A DNA stretch of 52,942 nucleotides from a virus (IMGVR_UViG_3300048080_000352:1-52942), one strand, 5' to 3'; numbered from the stretch's first letter, positions 44,375 to 52,942 are shown. Notes: a model not told the origin generated them from the letters alone. Numbers and translations are program-made.

Positions 44375-47300
44375 CCTCCTCCATCTGGTGATCGGCCTCC
44401 GCGCTGGTGACGGCGCGGTTGCGCCAGTCGCCCTTGGGGGCCCCGGCGTGCTCGGCGATCGCCTGCTGCGCGGCCCGCCGTCGCCGCCGCTCGGCAATCG
44501 GTTCGGCCTCGCCGCCGGCCAGGCGCCACGCCACGTAGTAGCCGATCGCGCCGGCCATCACCCCGTCGTCGTGCTGCCCGCGGGCGGCCTCGGCCTCCCC
44601 GATGGTGCCTTCGGTCACGAAGTGGCGCAACTCCCCCCGGGTGATCGGCGAGTTCAGCACGAAGTCCGGCAGCCCGGTCACCGGATCGAAGGTCGTGATC
44701 GCCGCGTGGAAGCTCGAGATAAGGAGCGGGCGCGTGCGCGGCGTGGTCACCCAGCCGATTTTCGTGCTGTAGCGGCGGTCGGGCGAGGCCGAGTCGGCGT
44801 ACTCCCAGACATAGAAGTGCGAGTAGCCGAGGTGCAGCTGCAGCGTGTCCTGCGTGGCGAGCCCGTGACTGTTGGTCTCGATCGCCGCCAGCGCTTCGAC
44901 CAGGTCGCCGTCGTCGTAGAAGCGGCCGACCGCATCGCAGACGAAGGCGAGCGCCTGGGTGTCGATCCGGTTGCTGACGTACTGGGCGACCTGCTCGGCC
45001 GGCTCGTCGATCGTCGGGAGGCGAATGAGGTCGACAATCGAGTAGTCCTGCCCGAGGCCGTCGCCGACGTCGACCGCCATCACGTAGCGGAACGAGCCCC
45101 GGACGCGCGGGTACTCCCAGATCGCTAGCACCGAGTGCCGCAGGCTGGGCAGCTCGCTCAGCGTCGCTTGGGTGAGTCGGCGGAAGCCGTAGCCGGGTGG
45201 GACCGGATAGGTTTCGTGCGCGGTCTGCGCGGCGACGGAGATGAGTCGAGGCGACAGCGGCGGCTCCGGACGTCGGGGCGCCGGCAGCGCCAGAGGCGCG
45301 TCGCGTTCGCTAGCCTCCGGAGGCAGTCGGCGAAGCTCCGCGATCTCACGCGCCGGTTCGACAGCCCACACGTCGAGCAGGGGACGGCGGCTGCCGGCCC
45401 GGTCGATCGCGTCGAGCTGCTCGAACGTGAAGATCGCCCGGCCGGCGTACTGAAAGCATTCCTGATCATCGGCCGGGTACTCCTTCAGGAACTTGTGCAG
45501 CTCGCCCTTCTTCGTGTAGTAGGCGCGGGTGCGCTCGTACCAGTAGAGCTGATCGCGGGTGAGGGGGATGGTGCGGCCCCTCCACTTCGAGGAGTCGTGC
45601 TCCGCTTTCTGGGCGTGCTGGGTGGTCGTCGTCGCGGGCGTCCAGTCGACCGGGGCCGGCAGGGAGTACTTGGCCGGCTCGGCGTACCACGGGATGAAGA
45701 CGTTCACGAAGCGCCCGTCGCCCTCGGCCGCCGTGAGCCATTGTGTGTGCCACCAGTCGCCGGCGTGCTCGGCGGTCGACTCGAGGATCGCGAGGGTCTG
45801 CACTGAAATCGGCACCGCGGGGAAGAGCGCCGTATCGAGCTGCTCGGGGTTGTCCCAGGTGGCGAGCTCCGAGATATGTAGGACCGAATACGTTTGCCCG
45901 CGCCCGATCGCGCCCTTCGATCCCTCCATGCCCGTGACCGATTGCAGCGCGCCGCGGGTCGACTTGCCCCAGGCGACCTTCAAATAGCTGGCATTGGCGA
46001 GGGATAGCTCACGATTTTTGTTGAAGTACAACTTGCCCGGCTTCAGGAACCACGGCAGCTGATCGTAGATCCGCGTCACCATCCGAAAGAGGTAGCCGGC
46101 CTGATCCTCGACGTCGGCACCGGAGAGCGCCCGCACGTGCGGCCGGCTGACGATGCGGTGGGCGACGAGCGATTCGGCGAGGGTGGAGATCCCGAGCTGA
46201 CGCGCCTTCAAAATATTCAGCAGCAGGCCGTCGGGATCGCCGGTCGTGTGCCGGCGCCATTCGAGATCGCCGAGGACGTTCAGGGTGAGGGTTTGTGATT
46301 CCCAGAGCGGGTAGAGCGGGCGGAGGCCGTGCCCCTCCTGATCGATCCAGCAATTCTTTGAAGCGTAGCCCCAGGCGACGTAGTTACCCGTCGTCGTCTG
46401 CAGAGACACAACTGTTGCCTCACCCGCAGGCAGGACGGCAACGACGCGATCAGGTGTACCAAAGGCTGCCGAGAAGATATACGGGAGCAACGAGATCTTC
46501 GTCGGGCGGGCGACGGCTTGAAACCGCGCATAGCCTTCCCGCCCACCAACCAGATAGAACCCATCGTCGTCCTGGGTGAATGGAATGTCGAAATGCTTCA
46601 GCGCACGCGCGATCTGATCACAGATTTCTGGATTGGCCGTGCGGGACTGGCCAATCTTGAGATGGCTTCCTTCACCATCGAAGATCCCACCCAACCACCC
46701 CCCAAGCCTAAGATCCTCTTCGGAGGTTAGGGAAGCGAACAGTCGCGGACTGATCACATGGCACAACTGCCGTCCGACCTTCGCCTGGGTCCAAGGATAG
46801 AAGTACTGCTTTCGAGCGCCACCCTTCTTCGTCCACGATCCCCCGCGATTGCCGTAGCCTCGCCGCCACAGATGATCAGGGGTGCAACGCAGCTCGCGTC
46901 CCGATTCCAGCACGACACGGACGACCTGAGTACGACGCTCAGCTTTTGCCAACACCTGACTCTGCGTCAGTGTGTCACGGAGACGATGGGCACCCTTCCG
47001 ATCATGCCGATTCGCGTTTCGGCTGAGCGCCGCACCGCCCAAGCGATCCCACCCCACCACAAGATCGCCCACCGCCACGTCCGCGATCGGCCGCATCGTC
47101 ATGTCGGCCATCCAGATCGGCGCCTCCTCCGTGTTGCAGAAGCGCTCGGCGAAGTACGGATAGTCGAACACCACCCGGAGGCGCGTGGCGGCGATGAAGG
47201 TCTGTTCTTCTTCGGTGAGCCGGCGCGTCAGCGTCCCATGCTCGTCCATCGCCGCCATGCACTGCGCGGTGAGGCCGGCGGAGTCGGCGACGCGGTAGAC

Positions 47301-47387
47301 GGGGACGCCGGTTGGGAAGAGCGATCGCATCGCCGGCGACGTCAGCAGCTGCGCCTCCCGCAGCGCGATCATCTTGTCGCTATACAT
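44301..47387 (-). CDS. terL: Terminase large subunit with an intein
   Basis: Walker A LKARQLGIST, Walker B LHISE, EST, nuclease VDVGDG..DYS, IETN, HDDGVMA. Confidence 0.95.
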   Translation of the reverse strand: MYSDKMIALREAQLLTSPAMRSLFPTGVPVYRVADSAGLTAQCMAAMDEHGTLTRRLTEEEQTFIAATRLRVVFDYPYFAERFCNTEEAPIWMADMTMRPIADVAVGDLVVGWDRLGGAALSRNANRHDRKGAHRLRDTLTQSQVLAKAERRTQVVRVVLESGRELRCTPDHLWRRGYGNRGGSWTKKGGARKQYFYPWTQAKVGRQLCHVISPRLFASLTSEEDLRLGGWLGGIFDGEGSHLKIGQSRTANPEICDQIARALKHFDIPFTQDDDGFYLVGGREGYARFQAVARPTKISLLPYIFSAAFGTPDRVVAVLPAGEATVVSLQTTTGNYVAWGYASKNCWIDQEGHGLRPLYPLWESQTLTLNVLGDLEWRRHTTGDPDGLLLNILKARQLGISTLAESLVAHRIVSRPHVRALSGADVEDQAGYLFRMVTRIYDQLPWFLKPGKLYFNKNRELSLANASYLKVAWGKSTRGALQSVTGMEGSKGAIGRGQTYSVLHISELATWDNPEQLDTALFPAVPISVQTLAILESTAEHAGDWWHTQWLTAAEGDGRFVNVFIPWYAEPAKYSLPAPVDWTPATTTTQHAQKAEHDSSKWRGRTIPLTRDQLYWYERTRAYYTKKGELHKFLKEYPADDQECFQYAGRAIFTFEQLDAIDRAGSRRPLLDVWAVEPAREIAELRRLPPEASERDAPLALPAPRRPEPPLSPRLISVAAQTAHETYPVPPGYGFRRLTQATLSELPSLRHSVLAIWEYPRVRGSFRYVMAVDVGDGLGQDYSIVDLIRLPTIDEPAEQVAQYVSNRIDTQALAFVCDAVGRFYDDGDLVEALAAIETNSHGLATQDTLQLHLGYSHFYVWEYADSASPDRRYSTKIGWVTTPRTRPLLISSFHAAITTFDPVTGLPDFVLNSPITRGELRHFVTEGTIGEAEAARGQHDDGVMAGAIGYYVAWRLAGGEAEPIAERRRRRAAQQAIAEHAGAPKGDWRNRAVTSAEADHQMEEDDEFADDLASGGAGGLHFEDRNRI
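46353..47138 (-). mobile_element. Intein with LAGLIDADG endonuclease in TerL
   Basis: Starts CNTEEAPIWMAD, block B CTPDHLW, WLGGIFDGEGS, ends NYVAWGYASKN followed by Cys; removal restores FAERF-CWID. Confidence 0.92.
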
Positions 47388-47599
47388 AGGATCGCAGCAC
47401 CCAGGACGCGAGGCCCGCACCGAGCGCACTGAAGAAGCCTTTGAGGATCGCCCGCCGGCAGCCGTCGCACCAGCGCCAGTTGGGGGTGTCGCTGCCGCAG
47501 TTCGTGCAATATCGCATGAGGGTCACCGCCGCACGCCACGCACGCACGCGACGTACAGTACGAGTACTGATCCGTACGATCAGGGTGCAGGACGTTCAC
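47369..47599 (-). CDS. Small Cys-rich hypothetical protein
   Basis: CVAC and CARC motifs. Confidence 0.5.
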   Translation of the reverse strand: MNVLHPDRTDQYSYCTSRACVACGGDPHAILHELRQRHPQLALVRRLPAGDPQRLLQCARCGPRVLGAAILCIATR

Positions 47600-47967
47600 G
47601 GGAGCTCAGGGCCGCGAGGCCGTTCCAGCCGATCGATCTTCAGCGCCAGGACTTGGAGGCTGTTGGCCAGTTCATGCGTGCGATCCCGGAGCGTCTTCGT
47701 CCACTCATCCTGCCCCGATTCCAGTTTCACGATGCGGTGCGAGAGGTCGTCGATGTACTTCTCGGAGGTCGTAATGAAGCCCACGAGATCGGACTTCAGC
47801 CCAGTCGCCCCCGCCTGCCGCTCGGTGCGTTCGGTCAGCAGCGACAGCGCGAGGTCCGCGGCGAGTTTGGCATTGTCCGCCTTCAACCCGTGATACACGC
47901 CCGCCAGCGCGAGGAGATTGACGCTCCACGCCGAGAGCAGGCCGATCAGTTGCCAGTCGAGGGGCAT
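47596..47967 (-). CDS. Membrane-anchored coiled-coil protein (lysis-associated?)
   Basis: N-terminal hydrophobic helix followed by a coiled coil. Confidence 0.6.
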   Translation of the reverse strand: MPLDWQLIGLLSAWSVNLLALAGVYHGLKADNAKLAADLALSLLTERTERQAGATGLKSDLVGFITTSEKYIDDLSHRIVKLESGQDEWTKTLRDRTHELANSLQVLALKIDRLERPRGPELP

Positions 47968-47969
47968 GC

Positions 47970-48257
47970 TTAGGCCGGTGGCGCCGCCGCACGTTCGGCC
48001 GCAAGGGACGCCGCGATGTTTTGGACCGCCACGTACGCATCGATCAGTGCCCGCAGGGCCTCCTGCATCCGCGCGTCATCGAGGAGGTCTTTCCCAGTGG
48101 CACCTTCCGCGAACGCGAGCACGTCCGTGGCGAACGCGAGCGCCGCGTCCTGTTTCTCGGTGCCCTTGATCCCTTTGATGAATTTCTCCACGGCGTGAAT
48201 CGCCCCGAGAATCAGCGGCACGAGCTTGAAGCCGATGCCGATCCATTTCAGGTGCAT
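47970..48257 (-). CDS. Holin-like protein
   Basis: Amphipathic N-terminus, AVEK...G.EK..A pattern, strong RBS. Confidence 0.5.
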   Translation of the reverse strand: MHLKWIGIGFKLVPLILGAIHAVEKFIKGIKGTEKQDAALAFATDVLAFAEGATGKDLLDDARMQEALRALIDAYVAVQNIAASLAAERAAAPPA

Positions 48258-48272
48258 GTGTCTCCCTTCCTT

Positions 48273-48493
48273 TCACTCAGGGTTACCGTTGATCGCGCTC
48301 CGTTTCAGCCAGTAGAGCAGCTCCTTCACGATGAGCGTTCCACCGACGCCGTCGCCAGCATCGAGACCGCCCCGTGGCCGTGCGCGAGGTGGTACACGAC
48401 GAACACGAGCGCGCCGACCGTCAGCGCCTGCTGTGCCAGCCGCCACGCTGGATGATGCGAGTCAGGGAGACGACGCCGCAATCTCGGCCCCAT
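48273..48493 (-). pseudogene. Small membrane (holin-like) gene apparently frameshifted near 48370
   Basis: Hydrophobic ALTVGALVFVVYHL in one frame continues as LDAGDGVGGTLIVKELLYWLKRS in the -1 frame, ending at the next RBS. Confidence 0.45.
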
Positions 48494-48664
48494 CGTTACC
48501 CTCCGATCAGCCAGCGCAGGCCCAGGAGCGCGAGCGTCGTGAGGACCTGCGCGGCAAACGTCTTGCGCCCCATCCGCCAGCAGTCTCCGCAGTATCTGAA
48601 CTCGAAGCGAGCCAAGTACCTGAATTCGAAGTGAGCGGCGAGCTCCAGTCACCGCGCGGTCCCC

Positions 48665-48856
48665 TTACTCATCGCACCGGGTCGCCGCTTCTGACGCGGG
48701 AGGATTCCACGCGTAGGTGTCGATCGGATATCCGACGACGCTCACGCGTCGGCACTGAGGCCGCTCCCCATACCAGGACAGCCCTGCGATGAGTGCCACG
48801 GCGACGGCGACGGCGATGAGACACGCGCCGATCTGTTGCGTCATCGCGTGAGCCAT
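48665..48856 (-). CDS. Small membrane protein
   Basis: IGACLIAVAVAVALIAGLSW. Confidence 0.5.
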   Translation of the reverse strand: MAHAMTQQIGACLIAVAVAVALIAGLSWYGERPQCRRVSVVGYPIDTYAWNPPASEAATRCDE

Positions 48857-48941
48857 CTGTTCAGTCGCCACACCCCAAGCGTGTAAATGTCCTTTACGAC
48901 GCACGCTACCGACTGTACGTACAAGCTGACCAAACAGGGTT

Positions 48942-50513
48942 TCATCGGCTCCTCCCAATCACGACGGCCGACAGCGTCGGCGGCATGATCCACGTTTCGC
49001 CGGCGTCGAGGTCGTGCGCCTCACGTAACGTACCGGTCAGCGGATCGTAGACATCGACGTGCATGGAGGACCGCGCTTCAAACGGAATCGGCACATCCGC
49101 GAGGATCGGCATCATCACGAAGCGGCCGTCTCCGTCGATCGCGGCGAAGGCCCGCAGGAGCTGGCCACCCTCGACTAAGGGGACGAGCCTGTCCGTATTG
49201 AACGGATGCCGAATGCCGGCCTGCCGGTTGTTGTTCTGAAAATTCCAATTCGGCAGATCGGCTGGCAACAATTTCCGCACGGCGTTGAGCCCCGCAAGGA
49301 TCTCAGCGATGTGCGGCACTTCCCAGATGTTTGCCGATCGGCCACGCGCGAGGTCCGCAACTCCGCCCCCGCGGATGCCGGCGCCGGTGTGCAACACGTA
49401 GCTCGCGCCATTACAGAGCCACGTGTAGGCCGCCGCCATCGTGAGCCTCAGCGGGTCATTGTCCGCCGCAACAGAGGACTGCGGGCCAATCGGTTCATTG
49501 CTCGCCCACGCGCCGCCCCAGAAGAGGTTCGGGTCGCGCGCCTGGCGCACGTGCCGCCAGCCGCGGTCGCCAAAGGAGCGATCGACGTGAACCATCGCGA
49601 GGTTCGCACGCGAGCCTCGGTACCAATCCCGGAAGTTCAGCTCTGGTCCACTGCCGAGATCGACCACATCGACCGCCGTCGTCGACACGATGTTCGGGGT
49701 CAGATCGCGGAGCAGGTCAGCCAGCCGCTTGATCTCGGCGTAGTTGTCGCCCCAGCCGGTGCCCCAGGCCTCATTCGCGACTTCGAGGACAACCACCTTC
49801 TCCGGCCGCGCCGCGACGATACCGGCGACACGCCGGACCAACGCCTCGCGCGCCGCAGCCGTCGGCGTCTTGTCCAGCCCGCCGAAGATCGTGACCTGCG
49901 TCCGCAGGCCGTAGGTGTCGTACGCGAGGTCGATCTGGCCGGCCAAGCTCTCCGCCCAGGCCGGGTCGGTCGGGTCGCTTGTCCGGTCCTCCCAGGCCCC
50001 GGACGGGCCAACCGCCGCGAGGACACGGATGTAGTCCACCTTACCCGCAAGGTACGCGAGATTCGCCTCCAGCCGCACGAGGTTGTGCTGGTATCCCCAC
50101 GGTGCCCAGAAGAGCGACGTCCCCAGGCCGAGGAACGGCCCGTCGTCGTCTACGAGCGTTCGGCCCTCACGCCGCACCAGGCCACGCCGGGCGACGGGCT
50201 GCGCCACGACGCGCTCCAGCGTGACCGCGTCCAGCTCCGTGTCGCCGGCGGGCAGCACGAGCCGCGACTCCTGAGGGACGTAGTCCTGCGCGCCGCTCAG
50301 ATAGAGCGTGGCCCCGCCCGTGACTGCGCCTGGCACGAAGAAGGACAGATGCCGATCGGTGCGCTCGGCGCCCAGCGGCGCGCTCAGGTCGGGCACGATC
50401 ACCGCCTCGATCTGCTCGGGAGGCGGCCCGTAGACGGTCAGCCCTACCCGGCGGCTCGGCGGCGGCCCCGGCGGCTGCGTGCGTTGGCGAATCAGATCCC
50501 AGACGATGCTCAT
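48942..50513 (-). CDS. Glycoside hydrolase-like protein (clan GH-A TIM barrel)
   Basis: DYIRV, LEVANE (putative acid/base), H.DR, SNEPIG (putative nucleophile), C-terminal beta domain. Confidence 0.65.
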   Translation of the reverse strand: MSIVWDLIRQRTQPPGPPPSRRVGLTVYGPPPEQIEAVIVPDLSAPLGAERTDRHLSFFVPGAVTGGATLYLSGAQDYVPQESRLVLPAGDTELDAVTLERVVAQPVARRGLVRREGRTLVDDDGPFLGLGTSLFWAPWGYQHNLVRLEANLAYLAGKVDYIRVLAAVGPSGAWEDRTSDPTDPAWAESLAGQIDLAYDTYGLRTQVTIFGGLDKTPTAAAREALVRRVAGIVAARPEKVVVLEVANEAWGTGWGDNYAEIKRLADLLRDLTPNIVSTTAVDVVDLGSGPELNFRDWYRGSRANLAMVHVDRSFGDRGWRHVRQARDPNLFWGGAWASNEPIGPQSSVAADNDPLRLTMAAAYTWLCNGASYVLHTGAGIRGGGVADLARGRSANIWEVPHIAEILAGLNAVRKLLPADLPNWNFQNNNRQAGIRHPFNTDRLVPLVEGGQLLRAFAAIDGDGRFVMMPILADVPIPFEARSSMHVDVYDPLTGTLREAHDLDAGETWIMPPTLSAVVIGRSR

Positions 50514-50634
50514 GTTCTCGGCCTCTTCTGACGCGCGTCGATCCGAGATCGTGGCGTCCGGGTCGGCTCCCCAGCCTCATCCTCTGCGCCTTTGACAGCG
50601 TGTGAATGAACCGACCGACCCGGACGCCAGCTCG

Positions 50635-50814
50635 TCATCGCCCCACCCTCGCCTTCAGTGTGCGTGTCCTTCTCTGACGCATCACCAGCCCGTGTGCCCG
50701 CGCCACGAGCTGCGCCGCCGCCGCCGGCGCCCCGGCCCACATCAGCAGCGTCCGCGCATCGCGCAGCAGATACCGGGCGGCCCGGAGCGCGGCGGTGCGG
50801 GTCGGCTGCTTCAC
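50635..50814 (-). CDS. Small basic hypothetical protein
   Basis: MKQPTRTAALRAARYLL...; GTGA and ATGA coupling. Confidence 0.4.
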   Translation of the reverse strand: MKQPTRTAALRAARYLLRDARTLLMWAGAPAAAAQLVARAHGLVMRQRRTRTLKARVGR

Positions 50815-51248
50815 CGCGGATCTCCAACGGAGTCCTCCACGCGCAGTTCAAAATGGCCCATCACCACTCCAACAGGTCGCGTGCGCCCGTGTTCATTGTT
50901 TTCGTAGCGCTTGATCCAGTTGTAGTTGGCACACAGCAGTTGGTACTTGCCCTCGCTGTTTGCGGCGACCTTCCGGTAGTACTGCTTGCTGCTATTCGAC
51001 CTGTAGCGTGTTTCGCTATTGGCATCCCCTCGCACATGATCGAACTGCAAGGCACGAGCATCTGAGAATCCGCAGCGCACGCACCGGCCGCCCAACGCCG
51101 CGATTGCATCGCGCCTGGCGTGCTCTCGACGTTCCCTGCAAGCTCTCGCCGCACGTTCAGGATTGGTTTTCACCCAGGCCCTCGCTCGACTGATGTATTC
51201 CTGTCTGTGCCGCCTGTAGTGTTGCGCTTGACACGGTGTCTGAGACAT
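50811..51248 (-). CDS. HNH-type endonuclease carrying the displaced endolysin C-terminus
   Basis: LGGRCVRCG..D.RALQFDHV.G, YQLLCANYNWIK; ends MGHFELRVEDSVGDPR. Confidence 0.85.
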   Translation of the reverse strand: MSQTPCQAQHYRRHRQEYISRARAWVKTNPERAARACRERREHARRDAIAALGGRCVRCGFSDARALQFDHVRGDANSETRYRSNSSKQYYRKVAANSEGKYQLLCANYNWIKRYENNEHGRTRPVGVVMGHFELRVEDSVGDPR

Positions 51249-51600
51249 ATTCGAAATGCCCTAAATCAGGAATCGTCCAGCGCCCGCCCCAGCGCAGGCC
51301 GAGCGCTTCGCCGATCGCGCCGATCTTCGGCCAGAGCGGATGGGCAGCCGCCCACGCCAGCTTGTCGCCCCCAGGCGCAGCGGTGTACAGCTCGTAGGGG
51401 ACGAGGTCGATCGCGAGGCCGTCGAGATGTGTGCTGCGCGCGACCCAGCTCGTGCCGGCGGCGAGGTTGATCGCATGCTCGGCGGGCGTGCGGAGGGTGT
51501 CGACGATCAGCACCGCGACTCGCGCCTCGACGCAACGCGCGAGCAGGGCGATCGCGAGTGGCTTGAAGCGTGGGTCGAGATCGTCTAACGCGCGTGACAT
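51157..51600 (-). CDS. Endolysin, peptidase M15 family (L-Ala-D-Glu peptidase-like)
   Basis: TLRT...H, S.HL.GLAIDL, GLRWGGRW, DLGHFE. Confidence 0.9.
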   Translation of the reverse strand: MSRALDDLDPRFKPLAIALLARCVEARVAVLIVDTLRTPAEHAINLAAGTSWVARSTHLDGLAIDLVPYELYTAAPGGDKLAWAAAHPLWPKIGAIGEALGLRWGGRWTIPDLGHFEYVSDTVSSATLQAAQTGIHQSSEGLGENQS

Positions 51601-52361
51601 CAGGACTCAGCCTGCGACACCGGCCCGCTGCCTCCGGCGGATCCGCCCTCGACGACCGCCCCCTCCACAACTGCACCGCCGGAGGCCGGGCGATTGAACA
51701 GAATGTCGCCGACGGCCTGTTGGAGCTGTTCGAGCGCGCCGGGCGCCGCCGATCCCGCCCGCTCGGCGATCAGGTTCTGCTGGATGTTGATCCCCCCGCT
51801 CCGTGTGGTGAGCTGCCCGAGCTCGAGGGCGAGCTTCTGCCGATCGAGATCCGGGAAGGCGAGGAGCTTGCCGCCACCGCGACAGGTGCGGCAGGGCCCG
51901 AGTGAGGGGTTCGGCTGATCCTTAGTCGGCTCCGGAGTACTCGTCCCGAGCCCCGCGCACGCCGTGCACGGGACTTCGTAGGGCGCGCCGCGCGTCATCA
52001 CGTCATCGACGACCGCGACGAGCTTGCCGGCGATGATCGGCGCCGCCTTGATATGCGCCTCAGCGATCGCCGCCTTCCGGTAGGCCGCGAAGAGATCCGC
52101 CACCGTCAGCCCCGCCATCTGGCAGATCCGCCGCAGGGTCATCGTCTCGTAGCGCGGATCGAGCAGCAGCAGGACGATCTTCTCGACCTCGGGCGCCTCA
52201 CTGGCGACGCTGAGCGCCTCGACGAGCGCCTCTCGGCCGCCGACCGCCTTGGTGAAGGTCTCGATCGCCGACGCGGAGAGATCCGCTTCCGCCGGGGTGA
52301 GGGTGGTCTCCCGACGAGTCGCGGCGGGGAGGAGCGCGTCGCCGCGGGAGAGCTTCGCCAT
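51600..52361 (-). CDS. Probable terminase small subunit with DnaJ-type zinc finger
   Basis: HTH-like segment, CTACAGLG...CRTCRGGG, GINIQQN tail; upstream of the lysis genes and TerL. Confidence 0.55.
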   Translation of the reverse strand: MAKLSRGDALLPAATRRETTLTPAEADLSASAIETFTKAVGGREALVEALSVASEAPEVEKIVLLLLDPRYETMTLRRICQMAGLTVADLFAAYRKAAIAEAHIKAAPIIAGKLVAVVDDVMTRGAPYEVPCTACAGLGTSTPEPTKDQPNPSLGPCRTCRGGGKLLAFPDLDRQKLALELGQLTTRSGGINIQQNLIAERAGSAAPGALEQLQQAVGDILFNRPASGGAVVEGAVVEGGSAGGSGPVSQAES

Positions 52362-52735
52362 CAGGAATGGTCTCGTCGGCCCATGCGCGCCGTCTCCTGC
52401 GCGCGCTCCGTCAACCGTGCGTGCAAATCAGTCGTCTTCTCGTCCGCGAGGTAGCAGAGGATCTCGTCCTCGGTCGGCTCATGCCCGGTCGTGGCGCGCG
52501 TCCGTGCGATGTAGTCGAGGACGAGGCCCAGCTCGACCTGGTCGACGTGATCGACCCCCGTCAGGGTTCGGATGTCCTCCGAGGATTGTGCCGCAGGCCG
52601 TGGCGCGAAGCGATCGGCGAGGCGTGTCAGCAGGCGATTCTGATCGTCGAGCGCGCTTCGGATCCCGGTGAGCTCCCGCGCGAGCCGCCGGCCGAGCAAG
52701 CCGAGTCCGATGCGCCGCAGGCCAAGGCCGAGCAT
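52361..52735 (-). CDS. Hypothetical protein
   Basis: MLGLGLRRIGLGLLG...; G.EPTEDEI. Confidence 0.55.
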   Translation of the reverse strand: MLGLGLRRIGLGLLGRRLARELTGIRSALDDQNRLLTRLADRFAPRPAAQSSEDIRTLTGVDHVDQVELGLVLDYIARTRATTGHEPTEDEILCYLADEKTTDLHARLTERAQETARMGRRDHS

Positions 52736-52942
52736 ATTCGGCAGGATACGCACCGCGCGCGCAGCCTGGCAAGACTCCCCAGCCTCCGGCGTCGCAGGGC
52801 AGACCGGCGATTGAAAAAAATTGAGGAAAATTGAGGTGAGTCTGGATGCGAGCGGGGCCCCCTCCCCCCGGGGGCACCTCGCGGACAATTCCCGGTCGGC
52901 AAGGACCGTGCCAGACTACGGCCTACGTCCTGGTCGGCGCCA

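Larger units (their letters stand above)
1..52942. mobile_element. Temperate tailed bacteriophage genome (excised/virion configuration, probably podovirus-like)
   Basis: TerL, portal, scaffold, capsid, adaptors and ejection-like proteins on - strand; PolA, helicase, Int/Xis and uninterrupted attP on + strand; no tape measure, tube or sheath gene recognised. Confidence 0.95.

Noticed and set aside
1-52942. Alternative genetic code or terminal repeats
   Set aside because: Core genes are intact under the standard code, and the two window ends do not match

Overview
High-GC temperate tailed-phage genome (probably podovirus-like and nearly complete, but no terminal repeat, primase or repressor is visible). 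It has two converging arms that meet at 17149-17152. The + strand arm (1-17152) carries a Pif1/RecD-like helicase, excisionase, tyrosine integrase and an intact attP (3' half of tRNA-Pro-UGG). It also carries an unusually large glycan-building cluster (two GT2, one GT9-like, one GT4-like, a DUF6165-like protein, two SAM methyltransferase-like genes, an NDP-sugar C-methyltransferase), a DNA N6-adenine methylase and a UDG-fused family A DNA polymerase with an intein. The - strand arm (17149-52735) carries a probable TerS, a lysis region (M15 peptidase, clan-A glycoside hydrolase-like protein, holin-like genes), an intein-containing TerL, portal, scaffold, major capsid protein, adaptors, a repeat-rich tail protein and ejection proteins. 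The most striking unexplained pattern is three insertions (two HNH endonucleases, one UvrD fragment). Each has captured the end of a resident gene in frame and supplied a diverged replacement end. Also notable are the glycosylation/methylation cassette and a capsid protein with a hydrophobic leader lying near signal-peptide-bearing genes in the structural module. All calls come from motif recognition by eye; no searches were run.
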